Of a stretch of 64,000 nucleotides of DNA, positions 8,344-17,488 are shown one piece after another. The notes beneath the pieces are model-generated. The model made no database searches. It worked only from the letters and a program-made list of their open reading frames with translations, and was not told the DNA's origin. Where the stretch lies: the sequence record NC_048045.1; one strand, written 5' to 3'. Within the stretch, counting starts at the first letter, position 1. Every line of letters starts with the position of its first letter. The translations under genes were made by a program, and so were the position numbers.

Positions 8344-8784
8344 ATGCAAACCGCTTCCGTGATCCTCCCCGCCCAAACCCTGGCCGGCGCCGATCTTGGC
8401 CCCGTCCTGATGGTCTTCGCCCTGGAACTGTCGCAGCACTTCGGCGACGTCGCCCAAGCCCCGACCGTCGAGCGCTGGACCGATGAGGCCACCGGCGCCG
8501 AATTCGTCGCCGACTGTGTGGCGTTCACGGTGTCGGCGGACTGGACCGCCAAGGGCGGGCGCATGGCGCGCCGCCTGGAGAACATGGCCGCCCGCTACGC
8601 CGCGCCCTGCGAGGCCCCCGCCCTGACCGTCCAGCACGCCGACGGCTCCACCGTGTACGTTGCCGCCCTGGAGGCCCTGGCGCGCCCTGCCCCGGTGCAA
8701 GGCCCCTCGCGCATCGCAGACCCGGCTTTCCTCCCTCGCCAGCGTGAGGACAAGGCCGCCCGCTTCGAGCGCCTGACAGCCTAG
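8344..8784 (+). CDS. Early hypothetical protein
   Basis: GGAG SD. Confidence 0.75.
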   Translation: MQTASVILPAQTLAGADLGPVLMVFALELSQHFGDVAQAPTVERWTDEATGAEFVADCVAFTVSADWTAKGGRMARRLENMAARYAAPCEAPALTVQHADGSTVYVAALEALARPAPVQGPSRIADPAFLPRQREDKAARFERLTA

Positions 8785-8813
8785 GCCCTGGCCTAGCCTC
8801 CCCCGCTTCCCCT

Positions 8814-8847
8814 AGCGCACCGCTTCCCATGCGGTGCGCTTTCTTTT
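8814..8847 (+). terminator. Intrinsic terminator
   Basis: AGCGCACCGC/GCGGTGCGCT plus TTCTTTT. Confidence 0.8.
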
Positions 8848-8852
8848 GCGTA

Positions 8853-8890
8853 TTAACTTGTTGTTAAGAGTTTAGCTGATAGTGTCCCCT
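8853..8890 (+). promoter_or_regulatory. CtrA-box early promoter
   Basis: TTAA-CTTGTTG-TTAA, TAGTGT. Confidence 0.8.
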
Positions 8891-8935
8891 TGTTGGCGGC
8901 GCATCCCGCGCCGCTCCTCTCTTGGATCGCTCAAC

Positions 8936-9328
8936 ATGGCCCGCCCTTCTGACCTGCTCAACGTCAACGCCGCCCGCGTCCTGGCCTGCCTGGAAGCCCT
9001 GGCCGGCGTCGTCAAGACCGCCCCGGAAGCCGACCGCGCCGCCTTCTCCTACCTGCTGGACGCGGCCGAATTCGTCGCTTCCTGGCGCCGCAACCATACG
9101 GAAACCGACCGTCGCCGCGCTTACGGTGCGGCCTGCGCGGCGCAAGCCCTGGCCCTGACCAATGTCTATCAGCCCGCCACCCTGCAAGGCGGTGCGGTGC
9201 GCCGCGCTCTGGGCGCCTATGCCGCCGCCCTTAAGCTCTTGCTCGATGGCGAGCCGGTGCAAGCCGTCCGCGCCGCCGAAGGCGCCGCCCAGAGCGTGCG
9301 CGGACGCTTCGCTAACACCCGCATCTAG
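8936..9328 (+). CDS. Early Ala-rich hypothetical protein
   Basis: ORF downstream of promoter. Confidence 0.75.
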   Translation: MARPSDLLNVNAARVLACLEALAGVVKTAPEADRAAFSYLLDAAEFVASWRRNHTETDRRRAYGAACAAQALALTNVYQPATLQGGAVRRALGAYAAALKLLLDGEPVQAVRAAEGAAQSVRGRFANTRI

Positions 9329-9362
9329 TAACCTTTTGTTAAGACCCCCTGGCCTATAGTCA
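9328..9362 (+). promoter_or_regulatory. Degenerate CtrA-box promoter
   Basis: GTAA-N7-TTAA then TATAGT. Confidence 0.6.
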
Positions 9363-9386
9363 GGGGGTCGCAAGGAGACACCCGAC

Positions 9387-9578
9387 ATGACCCGCCCCGG
9401 CCCCGCCTCGCTCCTCTCGCCCGCCGCCACCTTCTCGGCGCATAACCTCGTTCTTCCGGGCGCTCGCCCTATGCCCCTGCCCAAGGCGCAAGGCCTGACC
9501 TATGGCCAGTGCATCGCCCTGGGCGCTGGCCTGGGCGTGCTGGGCTTCCTCGCCCTGCGCGTCCTTGGTCTGGTCTGA
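9387..9578 (+). CDS. Small protein with C-terminal TM helix
   Basis: AAGGAG SD; GQCIALGAGLGVLGFLALRVLGLV. Confidence 0.65.
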   Translation: MTRPGPASLLSPAATFSAHNLVLPGARPMPLPKAQGLTYGQCIALGAGLGVLGFLALRVLGLV

Positions 9579-9963
9579 CCTCCCCCGGCGCCCCCGTCGG
9601 GCGCGCGGTAGGGCTGTCCCATATTGAGACGGCCCTACCGGGGTAGTGTTTCTTTTTGGGACGAGGGACCCAAAGGCCCCTACGTTAACCATTTTTGGCG
9701 GCGCCCCCCGGCGCCTAAGGACATGTTTGAACTTTTCGGTTGACAAAACCAGTCTCGCCAGCGAAGAAGGCCACCGACCCGCCGATGCGCCCCGACTGCC
9801 GGCCGGTCCAGGCCCTGCCCCTCTCCCCTTGTCCCATGTCCACGGGATAGGGGGACGGGGGTGGGGCCTTTTCATTTTCCGACTGGGGGACCCACGGGCA
9901 AGGCGTTTTCAAAACCGATCCGCCAAATCGACCCTCAAAAAATTTCCAAAATCATAAACCCGG

Positions 9964-9995
9964 TTGACAGAACCAGACTGGCTGTTAAGTGTTGC
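9964..9995 (+). promoter_or_regulatory. Sigma70-type promoter with phased A-tracts upstream
   Basis: TTGACA at 9964; A-tracts at 9906-9958. Confidence 0.6.
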
Positions 9996-10029
9996 TCCAC
10001 GACACGCCAACGCAAGCCCAGGAGGCCCC

Positions 10030-10758
10030 ATGACCGACACCACCACCGCCCGCTTCGCCCCGTTCGACTGGCGCGGCTTCATCGCCTTCCCGGCTGATGT
10101 CGACCTCGCCAAGATCGTCCAGAGCGTCTACGCCCGCAGCGTCCCCAAGGGCCTGGGCATGCTCCACTTCCAGGCCGGCCCGCTGGACGACCAGCGCGTC
10201 ACCGACGCGATCGCCAAGGCGAACGAGAAGTTCACCGCCGAGCAGGCCGGTCCGACCGTCGACTATTCGGGCGAGGGCCGCGAGAGCAAGGCCACCTTCT
10301 TCGACTTCGACTATGTCGACGGCCGCGCCGTGAAGTTCCGCCTCTACCGCGACCTCAACACCGAGGCCTTCTACGCCGATCTGGACTGGTACGATCACGG
10401 CCCCTGGGATGTCCTGGCCCTGGTCGCCGACACCTTCGGCGTCGATGACACCCAGGCCACCGCCATCCTGTCGGCGGCCGACCTCGCCAAGACCGCCAAG
10501 GCCGTCGACGAGTTCAACGCCAAGGCCGCCAAGGCTCTGCCGCTGCTTCGCCAAATCCGTCGCGACGGCCCCTTGCGCTTCCTGCGCGACAGCGACGAGT
10601 TCAAGGCCATCACCGCGCGCCCGAGCGTCGAGTTCGCCTACGACCTGGACGGCGACCCGCTGTTCAAGACCAAGTACAACTACGACGACAACACCTCGAC
10701 CTTCAACATCGACGTCGGCGGCGAAAAGCTGCTGGCCGCTGAAACCGTCTCGGCCTGA
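10030..10758 (+). CDS. Hypothetical protein
   Basis: GGAGG SD; 242 aa. Confidence 0.85.
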   Translation: MTDTTTARFAPFDWRGFIAFPADVDLAKIVQSVYARSVPKGLGMLHFQAGPLDDQRVTDAIAKANEKFTAEQAGPTVDYSGEGRESKATFFDFDYVDGRAVKFRLYRDLNTEAFYADLDWYDHGPWDVLALVADTFGVDDTQATAILSAADLAKTAKAVDEFNAKAAKALPLLRQIRRDGPLRFLRDSDEFKAITARPSVEFAYDLDGDPLFKTKYNYDDNTSTFNIDVGGEKLLAAETVSA

Positions 10759-10766
10759 TCGACACC

Positions 10767-11507
10767 ATGACCACCGCCCCCGACCTCCTGACCTCCGATC
10801 CGAGCGGCTATGCGCTGCTCGCCGCGCGCGAGACCCTGGCGATCGCCCTCTTCCACCAGAGCCAGCTATCGTCCCTCAATGCGCGCGCGGGGGTCGGGGG
10901 CGGCCCCACCCTGACGCTCTGGTCGCAGGTCTCGATCGAGCAGCGTAACGGCTGGCGCCAGATGGCCGACGACTACGTCAACGAGCAGGCCGGCGACCTC
11001 ACCGCCGTGACCAAGAACCAGACGCGTCAACTCGAAGCCTGGGAGCGCGAGATGATGGCCCTGGCCGACGGTCACGATCCGGACGGCTATTTCGACGCCA
11101 AGGACGACCGCGCCGGCAAGACCATCGCCCAGCACTACAGGGAGGAGGTCGCCTTCTCCCACAAGCTGACCGGCGACGAACTCCTCAAGGCCTGGGCGAC
11201 CGCCGACAAGCTCGGCCTGCATCTGCCGGCCTTCCCGACCGACTATTTCGACCCGATCGTCGTCGAGAAGGTCGCGCGCCGGCAGTTGACCGAGTGGGAG
11301 GCCGCCATCATGGCCTTCAAGGTCGGCGCCTCCATCAGCCAGTACGCCGACTACCGGTTCGGCGTGCCATTCGAGTTCCGCTTCTCCCGCGAGGACATCA
11401 AGGCCTTCGAAGCCTACATCGCCACGCCGGGCGGCATGGTCTCCACCATGCCGGCGATGACCGACGCCGACAAGACCCGTCTCGACCGCTTCTGGAGCAA
11501 GGTCTGA
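10767..11507 (+). CDS. Hypothetical protein
   Basis: 246-aa ORF, GC3-rich codons. Confidence 0.85.
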   Translation: MTTAPDLLTSDPSGYALLAARETLAIALFHQSQLSSLNARAGVGGGPTLTLWSQVSIEQRNGWRQMADDYVNEQAGDLTAVTKNQTRQLEAWEREMMALADGHDPDGYFDAKDDRAGKTIAQHYREEVAFSHKLTGDELLKAWATADKLGLHLPAFPTDYFDPIVVEKVARRQLTEWEAAIMAFKVGASISQYADYRFGVPFEFRFSREDIKAFEAYIATPGGMVSTMPAMTDADKTRLDRFWSKV

Positions 11508-11590
11508 TGGATCGTCTCGACCGCGTCCTCCTCGCCGCCCTTGTCATCACCCTCGGCGTGTTCGCCGTCAACTGCTGGACCCTGACCTGA
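11507..11590 (+). CDS. 27-aa membrane peptide
   Basis: TGATG coupling on both sides; single TM. Confidence 0.55.
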   Translation: MDRLDRVLLAALVITLGVFAVNCWTLT

Positions 11591-11685
11591 TGCCCAAGAC
11601 CCTTCCCGGCCGCATCGCCGCCGTGATCATCGCCCTGGCCGTGGGCGGCTTCGCCGGTTACCTGACCGGACTGGCGTTCCGCTGA
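11590..11685 (+). CDS. 31-aa membrane peptide
   Basis: TGATG coupling; single TM. Confidence 0.55.
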   Translation: MPKTLPGRIAAVIIALAVGGFAGYLTGLAFR

Positions 11686-11966
11686 TGCGCTTCTTCGGCT
11701 TCCTCCTCACCGTGGCCCTGGTCAGCCTGCCGTTCACCCTGGCGGCGTGCGGCGGCCCGATCGAGTCCCACGACGAGATCATCGCCACCACCCAGGAAGG
11801 CTGCAAGGTCCACAAAATCTACCGAAGCCAGGGCATCCTCTCCTCGGAGGAGGTCTACACCACGATCTGCCCGGACGGCTCGACCAAGTCGGACTGGAAG
11901 ACCACCCGCATGGTCGGCAAGACCATCTATGTCGATCGCCACCACTCCGAGACCCCGGCCCGCTGA
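11685..11966 (+). CDS. Putative lipoprotein
   Basis: Signal peptide with lipobox LAAC. Confidence 0.7.
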   Translation: MRFFGFLLTVALVSLPFTLAACGGPIESHDEIIATTQEGCKVHKIYRSQGILSSEEVYTTICPDGSTKSDWKTTRMVGKTIYVDRHHSETPAR

Positions 11967-12424
11967 TGCCTGCTCCGCCGTCCAAGTACGACCACGAGCA
12001 GGTCATCGCCCTCTACGCGAGCGGCATGACCTTCATGGAGATCGCCGACAAGATCGGTGGGCGGCACAACTCGCTGCGCACGATCGTCGCCAAGAAGGCG
12101 CCGCACCTGCTGCGCGCGGCCGGCCCGCGCCCGAGGTTCGATCACGCCGAGGCGCTCGACCTCTACCTGAGCGGCGAGGAGAACTACGAGACCCTGGCCC
12201 AGCGCTACGGCGTCTCGCGCTCGGCGGTCCAGCAGATCGTCAGCGGCAAGGCCAAGGGGCGTCGCCCGTCCAAGCGCCGGCCCTCGCCGCGCGCCAAGAT
12301 CAAGATCGACGAACTGCTCGCCCTCAAGGCCAAGGGGATGCGCAACGCCGATCTGGCCCGCCACTTCGGCTGCTCACCGGCCGCCATCTCCAACACCTTC
12401 AAGAAGCTGGAAGCCAAGGCATGA
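11966..12424 (+). CDS. DNA-binding protein with three tandem HTH motifs
   Basis: GMTFMEIADKIG, YETLAQRYGVSRSAVQQIV, GMRNADLARHFGCSPAAIS. Confidence 0.75.
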   Translation: MPAPPSKYDHEQVIALYASGMTFMEIADKIGGRHNSLRTIVAKKAPHLLRAAGPRPRFDHAEALDLYLSGEENYETLAQRYGVSRSAVQQIVSGKAKGRRPSKRRPSPRAKIKIDELLALKAKGMRNADLARHFGCSPAAISNTFKKLEAKA

Positions 12425-12948
12425 ACGCCCTCGCCACCCTGACCCTCCAGAGGGACTTCTCCCTCAACGCCCTGCGCGGCGCCAAGGGCTTCGACTACTT
12501 CCCGGTCATCCTGGCCGATCCTACCGGCTGGAAGAACCTCAAGCACTTCGGGTCGCGGGATAAGCACGACGTGGCCAAGTTCGAGACCCTGATCGACGGC
12601 AGCAAGGTGCTGATCTTCAACGGTGCGCCGGTTTGGATCGAGCCTGAACTGGCCCTGGGCCGCTCCACCGCGCCCGGCAGCGCCCTGCACTTCCTCCTGC
12701 TGGGCAATAAGGGCTCGGAGGCCTACAAAGTCGCGCGCCTGGAAGCCCGCGAGGGTTTGTCACAGGTCCGCTGGCCTAAGGGCGGGGACTTGCAGACCGC
12801 CGGCGCCAACTTCCGCACCGTCCATCCCTGGTTCGAGTTCCCGACGGGCAATCTGTCCGAAGAAGGCGTCGCCCACTTCCTGAACCAGCCCGACAGCCTG
12901 AGCGTGCGCTTCATGCTGCCCTCCGATATTCCTGATCTGGAGGACTAG
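12421..12948 (+). CDS. Hypothetical protein
   Basis: ATGA overlap. Confidence 0.75.
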   Translation: MNALATLTLQRDFSLNALRGAKGFDYFPVILADPTGWKNLKHFGSRDKHDVAKFETLIDGSKVLIFNGAPVWIEPELALGRSTAPGSALHFLLLGNKGSEAYKVARLEAREGLSQVRWPKGGDLQTAGANFRTVHPWFEFPTGNLSEEGVAHFLNQPDSLSVRFMLPSDIPDLED

Positions 12949-12951
12949 GCG

Positions 12952-13146
12952 ATGAGCAGCGAGTTCAGCCGCTCGGCGGAGATCGAGATGATCGCCATCG
13001 CCCTCTACGAAAGCAAGGTGCGCAGCGTCGGCCCCAGCAGCGCCACGCACTGGCCGTCGTGGAAAGGCCAAGCGCCCCTGGAGCGCGCCCGCTGGCGCCA
13101 GGAGGCCAAGACCATGATCCTCGAAAGCCGGGAGCAGAAAATCTGA
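12952..13146 (+). CDS. Hypothetical protein, paralog of the next gene
   Basis: GGAGG SD; EIEMIAIALYES motif. Confidence 0.7.
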   Translation: MSSEFSRSAEIEMIAIALYESKVRSVGPSSATHWPSWKGQAPLERARWRQEAKTMILESREQKI

Positions 13147-13388
13147 TGACCGTCACCTGCCCCGCCTGCGCCGCCCAATGGGACGGCCTGGACGAAGCCG
13201 TCTCGGTCGCCGAGATCGAACTGCTGGCCGTCGCGCTCTACGAAAGCCAGGAGCGCTTGTACGCCCATGGCCTGGACGAGCCCCGCAAGACCTGGGTCGA
13301 GGCGCGCCTCGCCACCCGCCAGATGTACCGCGCCATGGCCCACAAGATGATCGACGAGCACCTGGAACACCGCGAGCCCGCCGCATGA
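13146..13388 (+). CDS. Hypothetical protein, paralog of the previous gene
   Basis: EIELLAVALYES motif; CPAC at N-terminus. Confidence 0.7.
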   Translation: MTVTCPACAAQWDGLDEAVSVAEIELLAVALYESQERLYAHGLDEPRKTWVEARLATRQMYRAMAHKMIDEHLEHREPAA

Positions 13389-13807
13389 ACATCTTCAAGC
13401 GCCTCCTTTACCGGATCGCCGGTGTCGCGCCGATTAGCCTCCCGAAGACTGCCGCCCTAGTCGCGGCCGTCTGGTGGGCGACCCGCATGGACGTCGACAA
13501 GGCCGTCGATCTCGGCACCAGCGACGAGGAGAAGCTGCGGATCGTCGACACCTTCCAGGACGAGCTTTGCCGGCTGATCGACGGCAAGATGCGGCGCTTG
13601 AAGGGTAAGGATTCCGCGCTCTTCCTCGACTTCGACTACGGCCCTGACCCGCTGCTGGGCGAGGCCCTGCGCGTAGCCGGCGTCTCCCGCAGCGTCTGGA
13701 GCGATCTGTGGCCGCGCAAGACCCGCATGACCGTCCAGCGTCACCAATTGAGCGTCAAGCCGGGCTACCACCTGGAGCGCTACACCATCCCCATCGGAGA
13801 ATCCTGA
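13385..13807 (+). CDS. Hypothetical protein
   Basis: ATGA overlap. Confidence 0.75.
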   Translation: MNIFKRLLYRIAGVAPISLPKTAALVAAVWWATRMDVDKAVDLGTSDEEKLRIVDTFQDELCRLIDGKMRRLKGKDSALFLDFDYGPDPLLGEALRVAGVSRSVWSDLWPRKTRMTVQRHQLSVKPGYHLERYTIPIGES

Positions 13808-13808
13808 C

Positions 13809-14291
13809 ATGGCCCTCTACCGCAAGAAGCCCGTCGTCATCGAGGCCATCACCTTCGATGAACTCGTCTTCCACGGGAAGGAAGAAGCCGCCGCCGGGCG
13901 CGGCACCCTGACCAACGGCATGCCCTGGTCGTTCACCTACAAGGGCCAGCCGATCACCCACGAGGACGACGACACCTATCTGGTCCCGACACTGGAAGGC
14001 TCCATGGCCTTCCGGCGCGGCGCCATGCTGATCACCGGCGTCAACGGTGAAATCTACCCCTGCGCCAAGGACATCTTCGACAAGACCTACGAGCCCGCCG
14101 TGGCCGTTCCGCCGATCACTACGCTGGGTGGACTGACGCCCGAGCAGTGGTCGAACGGTGTCCACGACTACCTGGAAGGCTACGAGTTCCGGGGCGACGC
14201 CGGCGACTACACCCCGACTGAGCAGGAGAAGGTTCTGCTGGAGGACGCCTTGCACGGCTTCATCGCCGAGATCAGCGAAGGTCGCCTGTGA
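13809..14291 (+). CDS. Conserved phage protein of the RKKPVVIEA type
   Basis: YRKKPVVIEA...TLEGSM..GAMLITGVNGEIYPCAKDIFDKTYE. Confidence 0.75.
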   Translation: MALYRKKPVVIEAITFDELVFHGKEEAAAGRGTLTNGMPWSFTYKGQPITHEDDDTYLVPTLEGSMAFRRGAMLITGVNGEIYPCAKDIFDKTYEPAVAVPPITTLGGLTPEQWSNGVHDYLEGYEFRGDAGDYTPTEQEKVLLEDALHGFIAEISEGRL

Positions 14292-14542
14292 AGAAGGCCG
14301 ATCTGATCGCGGTCGGCGAGCGCCGGCACGAGACCTGCCGCTTCGGCCGCCTGACCGAGGTCTGGGAGGTCGACCCGCGCACGGGCAAGGAGAAGGCGGG
14401 CGTTGGCCCACTCTGCACCTGGGAACCGGCCGGCGACGTCCCGCCGGGCCTCAAGCGGGTCTGGGGCGGGCTGATCGAGCTTGACCGTGACTGCGCCGTC
14501 TGCCTCGCCCACCGCGAGGTCCCGCTGGAGCCCCTGCCGTGA
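14288..14542 (+). CDS. Hypothetical protein
   Basis: GTGA overlaps. Confidence 0.65.
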   Translation: MKKADLIAVGERRHETCRFGRLTEVWEVDPRTGKEKAGVGPLCTWEPAGDVPPGLKRVWGGLIELDRDCAVCLAHREVPLEPLP

Positions 14543-14949
14543 CCCATGAAGACGCCGACATGTTCGAGGAGTTCTTCCCGGAGAACCGCCCGCCGGTCAA
14601 GTCGTGGGGCTTCTCCAAGCACCCGCGCTACCGCGCCCGCAAGGTGACACAGTACAGCGGCGGCCCGCCGGTGCATTACGAGTGGCGCGTCGAGCGCCGC
14701 CTCCCCCTGCCGTGGATCAACGTCTACTGGCCGCTGCGCCTGTGGGTCGTCGATCAGCCCGGCGCGCGGCCGGACAAGCGCTGGGCGCGCTACAACACCG
14801 CCGAGGGGGCCGAGAAGTTCATCGCCACCAAGCCGGCCTTCTTCCCGAAGAAACCCATCGGCGTCCTCAACGACGTCCTCTACTATGACGAGAAAGGCGC
14901 GGGCGTGATCCTCGGCGCCGCCAAGACCCGCAAGGAGCGCAACTGGTGA
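14539..14949 (+). CDS. Hypothetical protein
   Basis: GTGA overlaps. Confidence 0.7.
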   Translation: MTHEDADMFEEFFPENRPPVKSWGFSKHPRYRARKVTQYSGGPPVHYEWRVERRLPLPWINVYWPLRLWVVDQPGARPDKRWARYNTAEGAEKFIATKPAFFPKKPIGVLNDVLYYDEKGAGVILGAAKTRKERNW

Positions 14950-15623
14950 ACCGCCTCTCCCGTCGTCCCACGTCGCTCCGGATCGGTCAGTTCGATCGCG
15001 ACTACACCACCGAGCAGACCTATTGGGTCCCGCGCGGCTTCTCCAAGCAGTCCGACCGCTACGTCTATCCCAATACCGGCTGGTCGTGGACCGACTGGGG
15101 CTCCGAGGTGCAGGACACCTTCGAGACCCTGGCGGAGGCCAAGGCCGCGATCGCTTCGGGCTATCTGAAGAACATGATCGAGGCTCAGGAGATCGTCGAC
15201 ATCGTCTTCCTGGAGGTCAAGGTCGATCGCCAGATCGTCGAGAAGAAGTCGGTCAAGGCCTACGCCGCCGGCGGTAAGCTCTCCGCCCTGGACGAGCCGA
15301 AGGCTGTTGTCGGTCCGCGCAAGACCGTGGTGTCGACGGGCGACTACGTTTTCGTGCGCAGGCTCAAGGACTCCACCGGCAGCATGCTGTTCGGGCGCGT
15401 CCAGGCCCTGCACAAGGACGTCATCACCATCTGGGTGATCAACGGCGCCTGGACCTTGCTGCTGCGCTACGACGGCGCCGATCTCTTCGTGGCGGCCGAC
15501 GACCGTTCGGCCATGAAGGGCGAGCCCATGATCCTCGAATATGCGGGGCCGCTTCCGGACCCGACCAGCGCGCCGCGCGACTACGCCGCCCAGCGTGACG
15601 CGCTGAGCCACTTGAAGGCCTGA
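14946..15623 (+). CDS. Hypothetical protein
   Basis: 225 aa, GTGA overlap. Confidence 0.75.
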   Translation: MNRLSRRPTSLRIGQFDRDYTTEQTYWVPRGFSKQSDRYVYPNTGWSWTDWGSEVQDTFETLAEAKAAIASGYLKNMIEAQEIVDIVFLEVKVDRQIVEKKSVKAYAAGGKLSALDEPKAVVGPRKTVVSTGDYVFVRRLKDSTGSMLFGRVQALHKDVITIWVINGAWTLLLRYDGADLFVAADDRSAMKGEPMILEYAGPLPDPTSAPRDYAAQRDALSHLKA

Positions 15624-15627
15624 TCTC

Positions 15628-16227
15628 ATGACCGACCAACCGATCGACCCCCTCGACCGCGCTATCCTCGACCTTCTCCAGGAGGAGGGCGGCGAGGTCC
15701 TGATCGAGATGATCGCCTCCATCGGCCGGCTGATCAAGGTCGCCTCCAAGGTCAAGCGCTTTGGCGACGGCAAGAACCCGTTCGAGAAGGACCCCAAGTC
15801 AAACTTCGAGCTTCTCCAGGACGAGGTCGGCGACTTCGAGGCCCTGGTCGACATCCTGATCGAGCGCGGCGTCCTGACCCGCGAGGGCATCGACGCGCGC
15901 AAGGCCTGGAAGCGTGGCATGCTGCGCGAGCACAAGACCCTGCCGGACGCGGCCTTCCTGCCTCCGGTCAGCGTGCCGTCGCCGCTCGACGACTTCCCGC
16001 CCGGCAACCCGATCGTCCAGGCGGCCAAGGCCGCGCGCAACGGTGGCTATGTCGCCCTCTTCGGCGGGCACGCCCCGTCGGCTGAGCCGCCCGGCAAGGC
16101 CCTCTACACGCGCTACTGCGACAGCCAGGGCATCCACTCCAACCGCTTCCCCGGCTGGAGTGAGTTGCCCGCCAATGTCCAGAAGATGTGGGACGAAGCG
16201 GCCGAGGCCGAGCAGGTGCGGTCATGA
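15628..16227 (+). CDS. MazG-like NTP pyrophosphatase domain protein
   Basis: LLQEEGGE..KVASKVKRFG..LQDEVGDFEALVDIL resembles the acidic NTP-PPase motifs. Confidence 0.55.
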   Translation: MTDQPIDPLDRAILDLLQEEGGEVLIEMIASIGRLIKVASKVKRFGDGKNPFEKDPKSNFELLQDEVGDFEALVDILIERGVLTREGIDARKAWKRGMLREHKTLPDAAFLPPVSVPSPLDDFPPGNPIVQAAKAARNGGYVALFGGHAPSAEPPGKALYTRYCDSQGIHSNRFPGWSELPANVQKMWDEAAEAEQVRS

Positions 16228-16460
16228 TCGAAGAGACCCTCGTCACCGCGCCGATCGACCCCGTGGATCGCAAGGAGCGCTTCCGCAAGTACGCCAAGGC
16301 CCGTCACCTGCACGAGACCGACTTTGGTTGCTCGTCCTGGAGCCCCGAGGAGCAGGAGCAGTTCCGCGACGGCGTCAAGGCCCGCATCGCCCGGATTGAG
16401 GCGTCCGATCCGGACTTCCCGGCCCTGTTCGAGGAGACCCGGATGCGGAGGGCGCCGTGA
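16224..16460 (+). CDS. Hypothetical protein
   Basis: ATGA overlap. Confidence 0.65.
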   Translation: MIEETLVTAPIDPVDRKERFRKYAKARHLHETDFGCSSWSPEEQEQFRDGVKARIARIEASDPDFPALFEETRMRRAP

Positions 16461-16675
16461 CGCGCGCCCAGTGCAAGGCCGCCCGGCTCCTCCTGGGCTG
16501 GACCCAGGGCATGCTCGCCGACGCGGCCGGCTGCGCGGTCTCCACGGTCGCTGACTTCGAGCGCCGCGCCCGGCGGACCGATCGCGAGATCGTCGCCCGC
16601 ATGGTCGACGCCTTCTCCCGGCGCGGCGTGCGCTTCACCCGCACCTCCGTCATCCATCCCCCGTTCAAGGCCTGA
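16457..16675 (+). CDS. XRE-family HTH regulator
   Basis: CKAARLLLGWTQGMLADAAGCAVSTVADFER. Confidence 0.85.
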   Translation: MTRAQCKAARLLLGWTQGMLADAAGCAVSTVADFERRARRTDREIVARMVDAFSRRGVRFTRTSVIHPPFKA

Positions 16676-16677
16676 TC

Positions 16678-16836
16678 ATGAGCTACGCTGAGCCCGACCT
16701 GGAGAACGACGTCGATCTCCTTCGCCACGTCGCCGAGCGTCTGATGCACCTTACGCCGGCGGTCATGGGCATGGACGGTTACCACATCGACCGGCTGAAC
16801 GAGATCGCCAGCAAGCTGGAGCGCGGCGAGACGTGA
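16678..16836 (+). CDS. Hypothetical protein (52 aa)
   Basis: Hand-translated; fills the gap between coupled genes. Confidence 0.6.
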   Translation: MSYAEPDLENDVDLLRHVAERLMHLTPAVMGMDGYHIDRLNEIASKLERGET

Positions 16837-17036
16837 GCGACCCCTACGCCCGCATCATGGCGCGCCCGCCGACCGGGTCCTGCGACATGTGCAAGACCGC
16901 GCCGGCGATCCGCTGGTTTGGTCAGACCTCGGTCGCCCACTGCGGCGCCGTGGACTGTCTTGTGGCTTGCGTCGCCCAGGCCAGGGAGACCCAGGAGCGG
17001 ATCGAGCGCGAGCCGCAGCCGCAGGAAGAGCCATGA
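16833..17036 (+). CDS. Cys-rich hypothetical protein
   Basis: CDMC and C-x4-C motifs. Confidence 0.6.
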   Translation: MSDPYARIMARPPTGSCDMCKTAPAIRWFGQTSVAHCGAVDCLVACVAQARETQERIEREPQPQEEP

Positions 17037-17251
17037 TCCCCTACGAGGTCCGCCAGCAGCACGACGAGTGGGGCAACGCCGAGCACCTCCTGGCGCCAGC
17101 CGACGCGGCGGTGCTCGAAGCCGGCTCCTGGCGGCGGGTCTCGGGGGATTGCACTTGCGAGACCTGCGCCAAGCTCTACTATGACCACCCGCCCGTCCTG
17201 GGCGCCCTTTGGCTGAACCGTCTCTGCACGGGCGAACTGGTGAAACTGTGA
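17033..17251 (+). CDS. Cys-rich hypothetical protein
   Basis: CTCETC; ATGA overlap. Confidence 0.6.
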   Translation: MIPYEVRQQHDEWGNAEHLLAPADAAVLEAGSWRRVSGDCTCETCAKLYYDHPPVLGALWLNRLCTGELVKL

Positions 17252-17484
17252 TCAAGATCGTTGAGGCCTACATCCGGCCGTTCCCGTCGAGTGAGCAATC
17301 GGTCGATCTCCAGTACCTGGACGAGCGGGGCTTTCTCAGGATGACCTCCTGTCACCCGCTCGCGGTCGATCTGACCTTGGGACATCTGGAGTCCACCGCG
17401 CAGGAGACACCGTTCCTCCCGACGCCTGCCGAGGATGTGGCAGGCTGGCGCACGCGCATGCAGGCCGCCACGCAGGTGCGCTGA
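17248..17484 (+). CDS. Hypothetical protein
   Basis: GTGA overlap. Confidence 0.55.
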   Translation: MIKIVEAYIRPFPSSEQSVDLQYLDERGFLRMTSCHPLAVDLTLGHLESTAQETPFLPTPAEDVAGWRTRMQAATQVR

Positions 17485-17488
17485 CGCT

